Below the pieces are notes generated by a model. That model was given only the letters and a program-made list of their open reading frames with translations, did not search any database and was not told where the DNA came from. Source: an uncultured Gammaproteobacteria bacterium (GTDB lineage: Bacteria > Patescibacteriota > Patescibacteriia > Magasanikbacterales > GWA2-37-8). Taken from it: a stretch of 53,787 nt of DNA. Positions 24,926 to 34,552 of the stretch are shown here, in pieces. Numbering within the stretch: position 1 is the first letter of the stretch; the number at the start of each line of letters is the position of its first letter. The stretch spans positions 194,993-248,779 of the forward strand of contig CAZINT010000002.1 of assembly GCA_964540825.1 (NCBI GenBank), given 5' to 3'. A program made the translations under genes and the position numbers.

Positions 24926-25333
24926 TTAGTCAACAGGCAGCCAGTTGCTCGCCAAGGAGGCGTTGCGGGCTCCTGTGCCGGCGAGCTGGCAGCAATAGAC
25001 CTGGCCATGAGGAAGGTCGACAGAAACCGACCCAGACGACCGGGGAGGATCCGTCGAGTTAACGGCTGGCACGACCACAGCCCCTCCATTCTTATCGCTA
25101 TCCTTCACACAGCGAACATCGCCCCGGACCAGCTGATCGTTGCCGATACCCCAGTGAAGCGTTTGCGAGCCGCGGGGCGAACCGAGCTCGCGGGTGAGCG
25201 TGACGGCAGCGACCTGCCAACGATCAGGAACACAAGCGGGCGAAGAAACTGTACTATCCGCCACCTCCCCACCACAACCAACCACAGCCAAAATGCCTAC
25301 CCCAAAACACCGGTTGAATAGCGTCTTGCTCAT
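24926..25333 (-). CDS. Islet E3: small high-GC lipoprotein, 135 aa
   Basis: The internal ATG is preceded by GGAGGGAgtgtatcgt. The signal MSKTLFNRCFGVGILAVVGC contains a VVGC lipobox. The mature part has several Cys residues. Confidence 0.6.
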   Translation of the reverse strand: MSKTLFNRCFGVGILAVVGCGGEVADSTVSSPACVPDRWQVAAVTLTRELGSPRGSQTLHWGIGNDQLVRGDVRCVKDSDKNGGAVVVPAVNSTDPPRSSGSVSVDLPHGQVYCCQLAGTGARNASLASNWLPVD

Positions 25334-25470
25334 ACGATACACTCCCTCCATTGCTCTTGATCGCCTGATGCATCCGACTCAAATTATTTGAGCCGAAAAA
25401 TAACGCTGCCATATTTTAATCATTTTGTCAAGATAATTTATGCTCAGATCAATGCAAAAATGGCTTAATC

Positions 25471-25499
25471 TTGACATATTATTTTTCAAAGAGTAGATC
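25471..25499 (+). promoter_or_regulatory. Putative promoter of E4
   Basis: TTGACA (25471-25476), 17 nt spacer, TAGATC. The -10 lies inside the 10-bp palindrome gtagatctac. Confidence 0.45.
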
Positions 25500-25525
25500 T
25501 ACGTAGACAAACTTTTGGAGCAAAA

Positions 25526-25921
25526 ATGGAACACATACTCCTCGTGATTGATCAACGAGTCGATCGCCTGAGCGCCACGGTAGAAGCTTTGCGCAGGGCG
25601 GGAATCAACGCCAGCGGCGAACCTACCCTGCCAGCTCAAAAACCTCAGGGAGTTAATGTAGGCATTCTGTGCCTTGCCACTATTGTTGGGATGGAGATCT
25701 TGCTCGAACAGATGCGAGCGTGGGGCTGTAAAGTCATTATCTGGTGCGATCGTCTGCCGCCTGACAAAAGGCTTCGCGGCTTGGTCATCGCCAGCATTTT
25801 CAACAAGAACCAAGGTCTTGTTATTGATGTCTTGGGACCGATCCCCACGTCTTCTCAGGGTGTGCTGAGCGCCTACCAAGAGGCACTGCTGAACCTCGAT
25901 CTTCCTGACGAATCAAGCTGA
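25526..25921 (+). CDS. Islet E4: stand-alone CheY-like pseudo-receiver, 131 aa
   Basis: tGGAGcaaaa precedes the ATG. The pattern is HILLVIDQ / VGILCLAT / CKVIIWCDR. It aligns with E2 over its whole length, by eye. Confidence 0.55.
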   Translation: MEHILLVIDQRVDRLSATVEALRRAGINASGEPTLPAQKPQGVNVGILCLATIVGMEILLEQMRAWGCKVIIWCDRLPPDKRLRGLVIASIFNKNQGLVIDVLGPIPTSSQGVLSAYQEALLNLDLPDESS

Positions 25922-25951
25922 GTTGCGCCTGGAGCCCGACTCAGCTCCAGA

Positions 25952-25983
25952 AAAAAGAACTTTTGAAAAAGAGTTCTTTTTTT
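25952..25983 (+). terminator. Terminator after E4
   Basis: aagaact-tttgaaaaag-agttctt followed by a T-run. It is preceded by a short hairpin, ctggagc...gctccag. Confidence 0.7.
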
Positions 25984-26134
25984 ATGAGAACAATTGCCTT
26001 AAAGGCAAGGAAATGATACTCTAAGTATGTTTTAAAGACTCACTGAAACACACTCCCAACACTATGATTTACGAATCTTTAGAATTTAAGTAACAAGGGG
26101 GACGTAAACTTGTTTTTTATTTTCTAAAATTTCT

Positions 26135-27370
26135 ATGACTCCTTCTTTACAAGATTTTGACCATGACATTTACGAAGCAATACAAAACGAACACCGGCGC
26201 GAATCTGAAGGGCTTGAACTTATCCCTTCAGAAAACTTTGTTTCGCGCGCAGTTCTTGATGCGCTCGGCTCTATTCTAACCAACAAATATTCCGAAGGTT
26301 ATATTGGCAAACGCTACTATGGCGGATGCGAATATATTGATGTTGTGGAAGGCTTGGCAATTGAACGTGCCAAACAGCTGTTTGGCGCTGAGCACGTCAA
26401 TGTGCAGCCCTTATCTGGTGCCCCTGCCAATATTGCCGTCTATTTTGCACTACTCAAACCTGGCGACACCGTGCTTGGAATGGATTTGTCTCACGGCGGC
26501 CACCTCACGCACGGCCACCCGGTTACAGCTATGGCTCAAATTTTTAATTTCGTACGTTACAAGACAACCCCTGACGGTCGCATCGACCTTGATAACTTGC
26601 GCGCAATGGCCCTTGAACACAAACCAAAAATTATTTTGGTTGGCTACTCGGCGTATTCGCGCGAAATTGATTACGAAAATATTAAAAAGATTGCGGACGA
26701 AGTGGGAGCTATTACTATGGCCGACATTGCCCACATTGCCGGGCTCATTGCCGGAGGCGTGATGAACAACCCCGTGCCCTTGTTTGATGTGGTCACCACC
26801 ACAACCCACAAAACCCTTCGCGGACCTCGCGGCGGTATGATCATGTGTAAAGCTAAATTTGCCGCTGCCATTGATAAATCAATTTTCCCGGGGTTACAAG
26901 GCGGGCCACACGAAAACAATATTGCGGCAAAAGCAATAGCCTTCAAAGAAGCGCTCCTGCCTGAATTTAAAGCATATGCAGCGCAGATTAAAAAGAATGC
27001 CAAAATTTTGGAAGAAGAATTTAAAAAGATGGATTATACAATTTGTTTTGGAGGTACCGATAATCACCTGCTCTTGATTGACGTAACCCCCAAAGGTCTA
27101 TCAGGCAAAGAAGCGCAGATCGCGCTCGATAAAGCCGGCATTACTCTTAACAAAAACATGATTCCCGATGATACACGCTCGCCATTTGACCCGTCAGGAA
27201 TTCGTCTTGGTACACCCGCGCTCACTACCCGCGGTATGAAGGAAAATGAGATGCGCAAAGTCGCCGCTTGGGTTGATGAAGCAATTCGCAACTTTACGAA
27301 CGAAGAAAAATTAGCCGAAATTAGAACTGAAGTAAAAGCCCTAGCCGCCCAGTTTCCGCTCCCTGCCTAA
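26135..27370 (+). CDS. glyA: Serine hydroxymethyltransferase
   Basis: 411 aa. Motifs: [22 protein letters not shown], and the PLP-Lys motif [14 protein letters not shown]. Confidence 0.95.
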   Translation: MTPSLQDFDHDIYEAIQNEHRRESEGLELIPSENFVSRAVLDALGSILTNKYSEGYIGKRYYGGCEYIDVVEGLAIERAKQLFGAEHVNVQPLSGAPANIAVYFALLKPGDTVLGMDLSHGGHLTHGHPVTAMAQIFNFVRYKTTPDGRIDLDNLRAMALEHKPKIILVGYSAYSREIDYENIKKIADEVGAITMADIAHIAGLIAGGVMNNPVPLFDVVTTTTHKTLRGPRGGMIMCKAKFAAAIDKSIFPGLQGGPHENNIAAKAIAFKEALLPEFKAYAAQIKKNAKILEEEFKKMDYTICFGGTDNHLLLIDVTPKGLSGKEAQIALDKAGITLNKNMIPDDTRSPFDPSGIRLGTPALTTRGMKENEMRKVAAWVDEAIRNFTNEEKLAEIRTEVKALAAQFPLPA

Positions 27371-27380
27371 AAGTAAACAC

Positions 27381-27413
27381 AAAAAAACAGACTCAGTCAC
27401 GAGTCTGTTTTTA
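27381..27413. terminator. Bidirectional terminator between glyA and pyk
   Basis: aaaaaaacagactc-agtcac-gagtctgttttt. Confidence 0.8.
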
Positions 27414-27424
27414 TTTACTGAGCA

Positions 27425-28837
27425 TTAAGCTTGCACCGTTATGGTGTGTGGCGCTTCTAGCGCAGAGGGAACAATCGCGACGGCGGCTTTCTCTTCTCCT
27501 GTTATACCTATCATTTTCGCAAGCGACGCTTCAAGCTCAGCTGCGTCTGTTTTTTGGCCTGTAACAATCGGGGTTACACCCCAGTACCACACCAAGCTTC
27601 GCGCTACAAATATAGTTGGCACAGCTGCTAGGACAGGAATTTCAATCCGCAGTTTGCTAATGGAACCAACGAGCGAGAGTGCCGCTTGACCAATGCTAAT
27701 CGCTCGAATACGCTCAGTACTCATTACTAACTGAAGAAGCCTCGCTAGAACCGGGTCAAGTGTTGCTGTCTTTTTTGGCGAGATAACGATATCATCGTAT
27801 GAGGACTGTTCGGTTGCAACAATAATATCGGTCATTGTCGCCACTGTTTCGACCGGAAAATCTCCGACAGCTGTTTCGTTGGTAAGCAGAAGCGCGTCAG
27901 CATGATCAATAACGCTATTGGCGACATCGGTGTATTCGGCGCGCGTGGGGCGGCGACTGTGCTGCATTGAATCGAGGAGCTGCGTGGCGATCATAGCCGG
28001 TTTGCCGGCCAAGCGAGCCGTGCGAACAATATTTTTTTGAGTCACAGCGAGCATCGCACCCGGCATCTCAAGCCCGAGATCCCCTCGCGCCACCATAACT
28101 CCATCAGCGACTTTGATAATTTCGTCCAGATTATTAACCGCTTCGGGGCGTTCAATTTTTGCAATAACCGTAATAGAAATTTTAGGGTCAATGGACTGAT
28201 CGTTTTTTGCTTGTGCAATAACATGACGCAATTGTTCAATATCTGCCCCCGTTTTAACAAACGATAATGAAATACAATCAACGCCCATACTGACACCAAA
28301 AGCAACATCCAGAATATCTTTTTCGCTCAGTGCGGGTATGGCCGCAAGCGTACTGTCTGGAAAATTTAACCCTTTATGCGACACTACTACTCCGCCTTGA
28401 AGTACTTTCGCTTCAATAGTTGAGCCATGCAGTGCAGTAATAATTGCTTCAATGCGACCATCATCAATAAGTATGTGCTGGCCAACAGCAACATGTTTTT
28501 CTAGCCCGGGGAACGTAACTGGGATACGAGATGCGGTGTATTCAGCGCCAGCGGTATCAAAAAATACCGTTTCGTTTTCGGTAAGCACAATTCCCTGTTC
28601 GGGCAATGTGCCGAGTCGTATCTTTGGCCCTTGCAGATCCTGCATAATCGCCATCGGTTTGCCGGTTTTTTGTTCCACCTTACGCAGCGCAGTGATTAAT
28701 TTAGCATGTTCTTCATGGGTTCCATGAGAAAAATTAAGCCGGGCAAAATCCATGCCGGCTTCAACCATTTTGAGGAGTGTCTTTTCGTCGCTACAAGCTG
28801 GACCAATCGTAGCGCCAATTTTAGTTCGTTTCTGCAT
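27425..28837 (-). CDS. pyk: Pyruvate kinase
   Basis: 470 aa. Motifs: RTKIGATIGPAC, ARLNFSHG, MVARGDLGLEMP, ATQLLDSM. Confidence 0.9.
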   Translation of the reverse strand: MQKRTKIGATIGPACSDEKTLLKMVEAGMDFARLNFSHGTHEEHAKLITALRKVEQKTGKPMAIMQDLQGPKIRLGTLPEQGIVLTENETVFFDTAGAEYTASRIPVTFPGLEKHVAVGQHILIDDGRIEAIITALHGSTIEAKVLQGGVVVSHKGLNFPDSTLAAIPALSEKDILDVAFGVSMGVDCISLSFVKTGADIEQLRHVIAQAKNDQSIDPKISITVIAKIERPEAVNNLDEIIKVADGVMVARGDLGLEMPGAMLAVTQKNIVRTARLAGKPAMIATQLLDSMQHSRRPTRAEYTDVANSVIDHADALLLTNETAVGDFPVETVATMTDIIVATEQSSYDDIVISPKKTATLDPVLARLLQLVMSTERIRAISIGQAALSLVGSISKLRIEIPVLAAVPTIFVARSLVWYWGVTPIVTGQKTDAAELEASLAKMIGITGEEKAAVAIVPSALEAPHTITVQA

Positions 28838-28840
28838 ACA

Positions 28841-29281
28841 TTATTTTAAGAAAGTCTTGAGCTGTTCTTTCTGTGCGGTATCGAGCGGCAAGAACTGGAG
28901 AGCATTCTGAAGTGAACTCGTGGGAGTAATTTCCCCAAATTTTGCCTGACGGGCAAAAGAATTGTAGTAGTTGAAAAACGGTCTAAAAAAAGGAGATAAG
29001 AATAATAATGAACCACCCAGCAAAACAAAGAAGATAATGATTTTGAACCAGCTGCCGAGCGTACTCCAAAAGAGTTTGCTGTTGATGCGCCGATTTTGTT
29101 CATAAATAATCTGCGACCATTTCAAATTTTTTTCGAGAAGATCGCGCAAAGCCGCCGGACTGGTATCTTTAAGAGATTTTTCATGGGTTGCCGCAAGCGG
29201 CTGCGTGGCTACGGCAGATTCGCTGTCGCTTTTTGAAGCGGCTGACTCAGCCGGCATTGGTTCTTGCTTATGTTTAAACAT
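28841..29281 (-). CDS. Hypothetical small membrane protein
   Basis: 146 aa. The N-terminus is hydrophilic and there is one long hydrophobic segment (FKIIIFFVLLGGSLLFLSPFF). It is tightly packed between nrdR and pyk. Confidence 0.5.
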   Translation of the reverse strand: MFKHKQEPMPAESAASKSDSESAVATQPLAATHEKSLKDTSPAALRDLLEKNLKWSQIIYEQNRRINSKLFWSTLGSWFKIIIFFVLLGGSLLFLSPFFRPFFNYYNSFARQAKFGEITPTSSLQNALQFLPLDTAQKEQLKTFLK

Positions 29282-29286
29282 ACAGC

Positions 29287-29754
29287 TTAAATACCTTTTT
29301 GTTTTTTAATAGCTAATTTTTTAAGTTCACGTTCGAATGTTTGGACGTCTTTGAAATCACGATACACGCTTGCAAACCGAATATAGGCTACCATATCAAA
29401 CGTTCGCAAATGCTTCATAACAAGCTCGCCCACTTCTTTGCTGGCTATCTCACGGCTTTTCTTTTTCTGAATGTCGCGCTCAATTGAATGAATCAACCGG
29501 TGAAAATTTTCTTTGGTGAAAGCGCGTTTGGTAAGCGAGCGATAAATACCGCTTTCCATCTTGTCGCGCATATAGCTTTCGCGTCTCCCATCTTCTTTGA
29601 CAACAATAATGTCTAAGAGTTCAGTTTCTTCGATGGTTGAAAAACGAAAATGACACCGATCGCATTCACGTCGACGGCGAACCGATAATCCGTCTTCAGT
29701 GGGCCTGGTATCTACAACACTGGTTTCTTTATTGTTGCAGACCGGACAATGCAT
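29287..29754 (-). CDS. nrdR: Transcriptional repressor NrdR
   Basis: 155 aa. Zinc ribbon MHCPVCNNKETSVVDTRPTEDGLSVRRRRECDRCHFRFSTIE, followed by an ATP-cone. Confidence 0.9.
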   Translation of the reverse strand: MHCPVCNNKETSVVDTRPTEDGLSVRRRRECDRCHFRFSTIEETELLDIIVVKEDGRRESYMRDKMESGIYRSLTKRAFTKENFHRLIHSIERDIQKKKSREIASKEVGELVMKHLRTFDMVAYIRFASVYRDFKDVQTFERELKKLAIKKQKGI

Positions 29755-29836
29755 ACGTATTTTATAAACAGAATAAGCAGTAAGCCGGGACTAAGCGAGC
29801 ACCCGCTGCTTATAGCCCATTGCTTGCCGTACGGGT

Positions 29837-31060
29837 TTATACCCCCATTTTCTTTCTGATAAAAGCAGGAATTTCGAGCTTATCATCTTCTGATTCCTTA
29901 TTTTTTTCTTCCTTAGTTGAAGTTAGCGGACCCGGGGTTGAAAGCGGTGAGAATACAGGATTTGGTTTTTGAGTAAATTGTTTAAACTTTTTTTCTTCTT
30001 CATCATTTTCACGCTGTGTCTTGCGCAGGAAGTTGCTTGGAATATATTTACCGCCAGCAAAAAGAGAATTGGAAGACTCTTCTTCTTTTACTACCTGGTG
30101 AGATCGTCGATCATCAAAACCGGTAGCAACTACTGTTACGCGCATGGCGCCCGACATGCTTTCGTCAATAATAGCCCCGAAAATAACTTTAGCGTCGTCA
30201 GCAGCTGAATTGGTGATGATTTTAGCCGCTTCACTGACTTCGGCCATGGTAAGATCAGATCCGCCGCTAATAGTGAACAAAATACCGTGCGCTCCGTCGA
30301 TTGAAAGCTCAAGGAGAGGGCTTGAGATCGCCTGCTTGGCCGCTTCGATGGCGCGATTTTCGCCACTGGCCGTACCAATGCCCATAAGCGCCGATCCAGT
30401 GTCACGCATAATAGTTTTAACGTCTGCAAAGTCAACATTAATAAGACCAGGAACCGTAATAAGCTCAGAAATTCCCTGTACGCCATGCTGCAAGACTTCG
30501 TCAGCGATTTTGAAGGCATCAAGGAGCGTCGTTTTTTTATCGATCACCTGCAAAATTCGATCGTTAGGAATAGTAATAATGGCGTCAACATTTTTAGAAA
30601 GCTGTTCCCAGCCCTTTTGAGCAATGTCGTTGCGCTGCGGTCCTTCAAAATTAAAGGGCTTGGTTACAACAGCCACGGTGAGTGCGCCCAGTTCCTTGGC
30701 AACTTCTGCGACAACTGGTGCAGCACCGGTACCCGTACCGCCGCCAAGACCACAGGTAATGAAAACCATGTCGCTGTCTTTGAGCATATCGCGAATTTCG
30801 TTGATCGATTCTTCCGCAGCTTTGCGGCCAACTTCGGGATCCATACCGGCACCGAGTCCGCGCGTAACGCTTTTTCCGATATGTAATTTATAGGGAGCAG
30901 GGTTATGATGGAGCGCCTGAACATCAGTATTAAGAGCAATAAAATCAATACCACGATTTTTACCGTTCATCATGCGTGTCAAAACAGATCCGCCGGAGCC
31001 GCCTACACCCACAACTTTAATTTTGGCAATAGTTTCAATATCAGGTTTTACTTGCGGCAT
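29837..31060 (-). CDS. ftsZ: Cell division GTPase FtsZ
   Basis: 407 aa. Motifs: GVGGSGGSVLTRM, the tubulin signature GLGGGTGTGAAPVVAEVAKE, and the C-terminal peptide LEIPAFIRKK. Confidence 0.95.
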   Translation of the reverse strand: MPQVKPDIETIAKIKVVGVGGSGGSVLTRMMNGKNRGIDFIALNTDVQALHHNPAPYKLHIGKSVTRGLGAGMDPEVGRKAAEESINEIRDMLKDSDMVFITCGLGGGTGTGAAPVVAEVAKELGALTVAVVTKPFNFEGPQRNDIAQKGWEQLSKNVDAIITIPNDRILQVIDKKTTLLDAFKIADEVLQHGVQGISELITVPGLINVDFADVKTIMRDTGSALMGIGTASGENRAIEAAKQAISSPLLELSIDGAHGILFTISGGSDLTMAEVSEAAKIITNSAADDAKVIFGAIIDESMSGAMRVTVVATGFDDRRSHQVVKEEESSNSLFAGGKYIPSNFLRKTQRENDEEEKKFKQFTQKPNPVFSPLSTPGPLTSTKEEKNKESEDDKLEIPAFIRKKMGV

Positions 31061-31161
31061 AGTGGTAAGAATTTAGATGTGATTATTCAGGAAAAAACCA
31101 GTGAATACATTATGTATTCATGCTTGCTTTAAATAAAATAAGCGAAGATTTCCTCGCTAGT

Positions 31162-31190
31162 ATAGTATATTGTAGGCACCTAGGTGTCAA
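31162..31190 (-). promoter_or_regulatory. Putative ftsZ promoter
   Basis: The minus strand reads TTGACA (complement of 31185-31190), 17 nt spacer, TACTAT. Confidence 0.55.
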
Positions 31191-31222
31191 GATAATTTTA
31201 AGGCCGAAAACAAGCCTTTAAA

Positions 31223-32503
31223 TTAAGGTATTAAGGCTTTCATCCATTTTTTGAGCTGGCTTGAAACCTGATTGACCCGCTTGATGCTGCCGCCAAACGA
31301 TCCGCCCCCTTCGTAGTTCGCCCCGCCACTTCCAAACTTCATCGTGCTTCCCCACTTGAGAAGGCCAACCACGGTTGCAAAACCAAGATCATTTACCTTG
31401 TCAGTAATACTCATCATACTCAGCGGGAAACCGAGCGTGGCTGGCAGCCGTAAAGTCTTTTTTGCCAGTTCAACAAGCCCGGGTAGTTTTGCTCCGCCCC
31501 CGGTAAAAATTACACCGGCTGGCAATAAACCCGTGCGCTGGACCTTATTAAGCTCCTGATTAATTTTGCGGAAAATTTCCTCGACGCGGGCCTGAATGAT
31601 CTCAGTCAGGTACTGTTTTTTGACTATTTCGTGATCAGGCGCACCAACTTCATAGAGATCAATTTCATCCCGCTTGCCGGTTGATTCGGTGAGGCAATCG
31701 CCATACGCGAGTTTAACAGCTTCAGCAATATCAATCGAGGTACGGAGTCCGATCGCAATGTCATTGGTAATATGTTCAGAACCGATCGGCAGTACTGTAG
31801 TATGTACAATATCCCCTTCCTCAAAAACCGCAAGGCTGGTGGTCGACGCCCCAATGTTAACTACAATAACACCAAGTTCTTTTTGACGCGGAGTAGCTAC
31901 TGCTTCAGCAGTCGCTAAAATTGACAAAACCAAGTCTTCTATTTCAAGACCGGTGCGATAAACGGCTTTAGTAAAATTTTTAATCTGCCCTGATGAACCT
32001 AAAATTATCTGTGTATCAACCTCAAGGCGAATACCAGTCATCCCGATTGGGTCTTTAATCCCCCCCTGCCCATCAATACTGAACATTTTGGGCAAAACAT
32101 GCAGCACTTCGTAGTTAAGCGGCGTGGCAATAGTACGCGACGCATCAATTGCGCGCAGAACATCTTCTTCACTAATTTCATTGTCCGCTTTAGAGACAGC
32201 GACCACCCCTTTACTTGTTTGAGACAAAATATGAGAACCCGAAATTCCAAGCCAAGCGGTTTCTATCGGAACTCCAGCCATACGTTCGGTTTTTTCAAGG
32301 CAAGCCGAAATTGACGAAACCACATCCTCAATGCTGTTAATAACTCCTTTATGGATACCTTGGCTGGGCGTTTCGGCAGCAGCTAAAATCTGTAATTCGG
32401 GCGCATCATCAGGCCCTCGGCTCCCAAAAGTAGCCACGGCCATTCGGGTCGTTGCCGACCCAACATCAAGTCCAACAATATAATTATCCATTCCTTTTTT
32501 CAT
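31223..32503 (-). CDS. ftsA: Cell division protein FtsA
   Basis: 426 aa with an actin-like ATPase pattern: VGLDVGSATTRMAV, VVNIGASTTSLAVF, GVIFTGGGAKLPGL. Confidence 0.9.
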   Translation of the reverse strand: MKKGMDNYIVGLDVGSATTRMAVATFGSRGPDDAPELQILAAAETPSQGIHKGVINSIEDVVSSISACLEKTERMAGVPIETAWLGISGSHILSQTSKGVVAVSKADNEISEEDVLRAIDASRTIATPLNYEVLHVLPKMFSIDGQGGIKDPIGMTGIRLEVDTQIILGSSGQIKNFTKAVYRTGLEIEDLVLSILATAEAVATPRQKELGVIVVNIGASTTSLAVFEEGDIVHTTVLPIGSEHITNDIAIGLRTSIDIAEAVKLAYGDCLTESTGKRDEIDLYEVGAPDHEIVKKQYLTEIIQARVEEIFRKINQELNKVQRTGLLPAGVIFTGGGAKLPGLVELAKKTLRLPATLGFPLSMMSITDKVNDLGFATVVGLLKWGSTMKFGSGGANYEGGGSFGGSIKRVNQVSSQLKKWMKALIP

Positions 32504-32542
32504 AGATGCAGTTCAATTTACGTTACAGACGGGTAGTATACA

Positions 32543-32908
32543 CTATTTTAACAAAGTAAGAAAGTGTGGAACAAATATAATAAGACCAATGCTTCCAGCA
32601 AGCAGTGTAGTGACTAAAACAGCTGCAGCCATTGTTTCTTTAATGAGTTGTACATAGTGGTTAAGGCGGGGTTTGAGAAGGTCAGCACAGTATTCAAAGG
32701 CAGTGTTTAAAAGCTCCATAATAAGTACCAGCCCGATAAGCAGCACAATAATCACAACTTCATACCCTCGGAGTTTAAATAGCCAGGCAGCAATAAGGAC
32801 TATGCAGCTGACAAAAACCTGTATCCGAAAATTTTGCTCTGAGCGATAGACTGAGGACAGGCCGCGCAGCGCTTCGGTAATACTTTGTATCAGACGACGA
32901 AAATCCAT
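32543..32908 (-). CDS. dgkA: Diacylglycerol/undecaprenol kinase (DAGK_prokar family)
   Basis: 121 aa from the internal ATG (MDFRRLIQSI). It has three TM segments plus ELLNTAFEYCADLL...IKETMAAAVL. The start lies 5 nt after the ybeY stop. Confidence 0.8.
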   Translation of the reverse strand: MDFRRLIQSITEALRGLSSVYRSEQNFRIQVFVSCIVLIAAWLFKLRGYEVVIIVLLIGLVLIMELLNTAFEYCADLLKPRLNHYVQLIKETMAAAVLVTTLLAGSIGLIIFVPHFLTLLK

Positions 32909-32912
32909 ACGC

Positions 32913-33350
32913 TTATTTTTTAGCAGCAGTAATTGCAGCCACCATTTTTTCCTGCAAAGCAAACATTTTTGCAGCCTCGGCCTCTTTACTATGGTCATGA
33001 CCCGTTAAATGCAACAAGCCGTGGGAAAGCATCCGAGAAAACTCCATTTTTGGAGTTACTCCAAAACGCTTTGCTTGCTGTACGATATACGGATAGGCCA
33101 GATATAATTGCCCAAGCGATTGAGCTGGAACTGAAGCGTCTTCCTGCCAAGAAAAAGATAAAACATCCGTTGGTTTATTAAGACCCCGATACCGACGATT
33201 AAGATCCTGGATAATTTTATTGCTGACAATATTGATTTCAACTGCGGTTTTAATTTTCTTTTCAAAACGCTGCGCAATAGCGACCATCCGCTTAATTTCT
33301 GGTTCAGAAAAAGGACATTTGACGAGTATATTCACATCAACACTAATCAT
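32913..33350 (-). CDS. ybeY: rRNA maturation endoribonuclease YbeY
   Basis: 145 aa with the zinc motif HGLLHLTGHDH. Confidence 0.9.
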   Translation of the reverse strand: MISVDVNILVKCPFSEPEIKRMVAIAQRFEKKIKTAVEINIVSNKIIQDLNRRYRGLNKPTDVLSFSWQEDASVPAQSLGQLYLAYPYIVQQAKRFGVTPKMEFSRMLSHGLLHLTGHDHSKEAEAAKMFALQEKMVAAITAAKK

Positions 33351-33359
33351 ACAGGAAAC

Positions 33360-34523
33360 TTAAGGATTTTGAGTGGTGGTAGAAGCAGCCGGAGCACTGA
33401 TAACGCCAGGTATCGAAGAAGTCGTTTCAGTAGTAAACGTAGGGGTAATTAGGCTTTGGGGTGCGGCTGACTCTCCGGGCACGAAGCTTCGGGCAAGCAC
33501 TTTGAGTACAGTGCGATAATTTATGATATTTGAATCAGTCGTGTGGTAAAGCAGCACATACACATGATTAGCGGTTGGGAAATAATACGCGAGCCAATCT
33601 TCACGACGATAGCCCTTGGCGCCAAAATAGGTTTCAAAATTTTGTATATCGCTATATTTTTGATCAGGAGCATGCACTGCAAACCATTCAGCGAAGTCCT
33701 GAGTTACTTCTTTGTCAAACACGCGTACTTCAATATTTTCTCCGGTAAGCGTGCTAAATAAAACATCACGGTATGTCCCGTCAACATCCCCTACCGCCCA
33801 ACTGTTTGGATAATACAAGGTGTAGCCAAAATTAGGATTAGTATATTGTTTTACCAAGCCGGAATCAAGTAATTTTTGAGGTTCTTTGCCCGCTGGATTA
33901 TAGAGATAAAAAAGTTCATGACTATCTGAATACGTATCATTGTCTGTATCAGGGACATTAAGATCAGTAGTAAATAGTTCTTCTTCGCGATCGGTTATGC
34001 CATCTTTATCCGTATCGCCACTGTCTCCGAGAAGGGTGGAAGAAAAAGTAAGCGGCTGATCTGCGAGTGATACCGGAGTTGTTATGACCGGCTCGGTTGA
34101 CGAGGGGGCGACAAGGGGTGTTGTCGTAGGCGTTTCAACCACTACTGTATCTGGCGGAACTATTGTTGTTACAATTGGCGCACTCGGGGCATCATCTTTT
34201 GAGCCTACAACATAATAGAGCGTCACGCCGCCGCCAACCAGAAGAAAAAGTCCGAGACCTGCCAAAGCCAAAAACTTTGGATTGGCCAGTAAATTTGCTG
34301 GGTGCAGCGCTTGCCCGCTCCCGGGGGCTGTTTGCTTATCAAGGAGTCTTTTATCAGCACCGGACACCACCTCGCCTCGATTTAGTTCGATTTCACGAGT
34401 AACGTCCTTAAAAGTCACAACTGGATTTGTGCCGCCATAAAAATCTGTCGGTATAACATGTATAGCGGCAACTACAGGCTCGTTGGTTGTTTCGGTAACA
34501 GGAGCTTTCTTATGGCCAAACAT
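33360..34523 (-). CDS. Membrane-anchored extracellular protein with thrombospondin-type-3-like Ca-binding repeats plus a C-terminal globular domain
   Basis: 387 aa. TM segment: FLALAGLGLFLLVGGGVTLYYVV. Repeats: DTDKDGITDREEELFTTDLNVPDTDNDTYSDSHE. Confidence 0.6.
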   Translation of the reverse strand: MFGHKKAPVTETTNEPVVAAIHVIPTDFYGGTNPVVTFKDVTREIELNRGEVVSGADKRLLDKQTAPGSGQALHPANLLANPKFLALAGLGLFLLVGGGVTLYYVVGSKDDAPSAPIVTTIVPPDTVVVETPTTTPLVAPSSTEPVITTPVSLADQPLTFSSTLLGDSGDTDKDGITDREEELFTTDLNVPDTDNDTYSDSHELFYLYNPAGKEPQKLLDSGLVKQYTNPNFGYTLYYPNSWAVGDVDGTYRDVLFSTLTGENIEVRVFDKEVTQDFAEWFAVHAPDQKYSDIQNFETYFGAKGYRREDWLAYYFPTANHVYVLLYHTTDSNIINYRTVLKVLARSFVPGESAAPQSLITPTFTTETTSSIPGVISAPAASTTTQNP

Positions 34524-34552
34524 AATAAATCACCAAACGAATGAGCTAAAAA

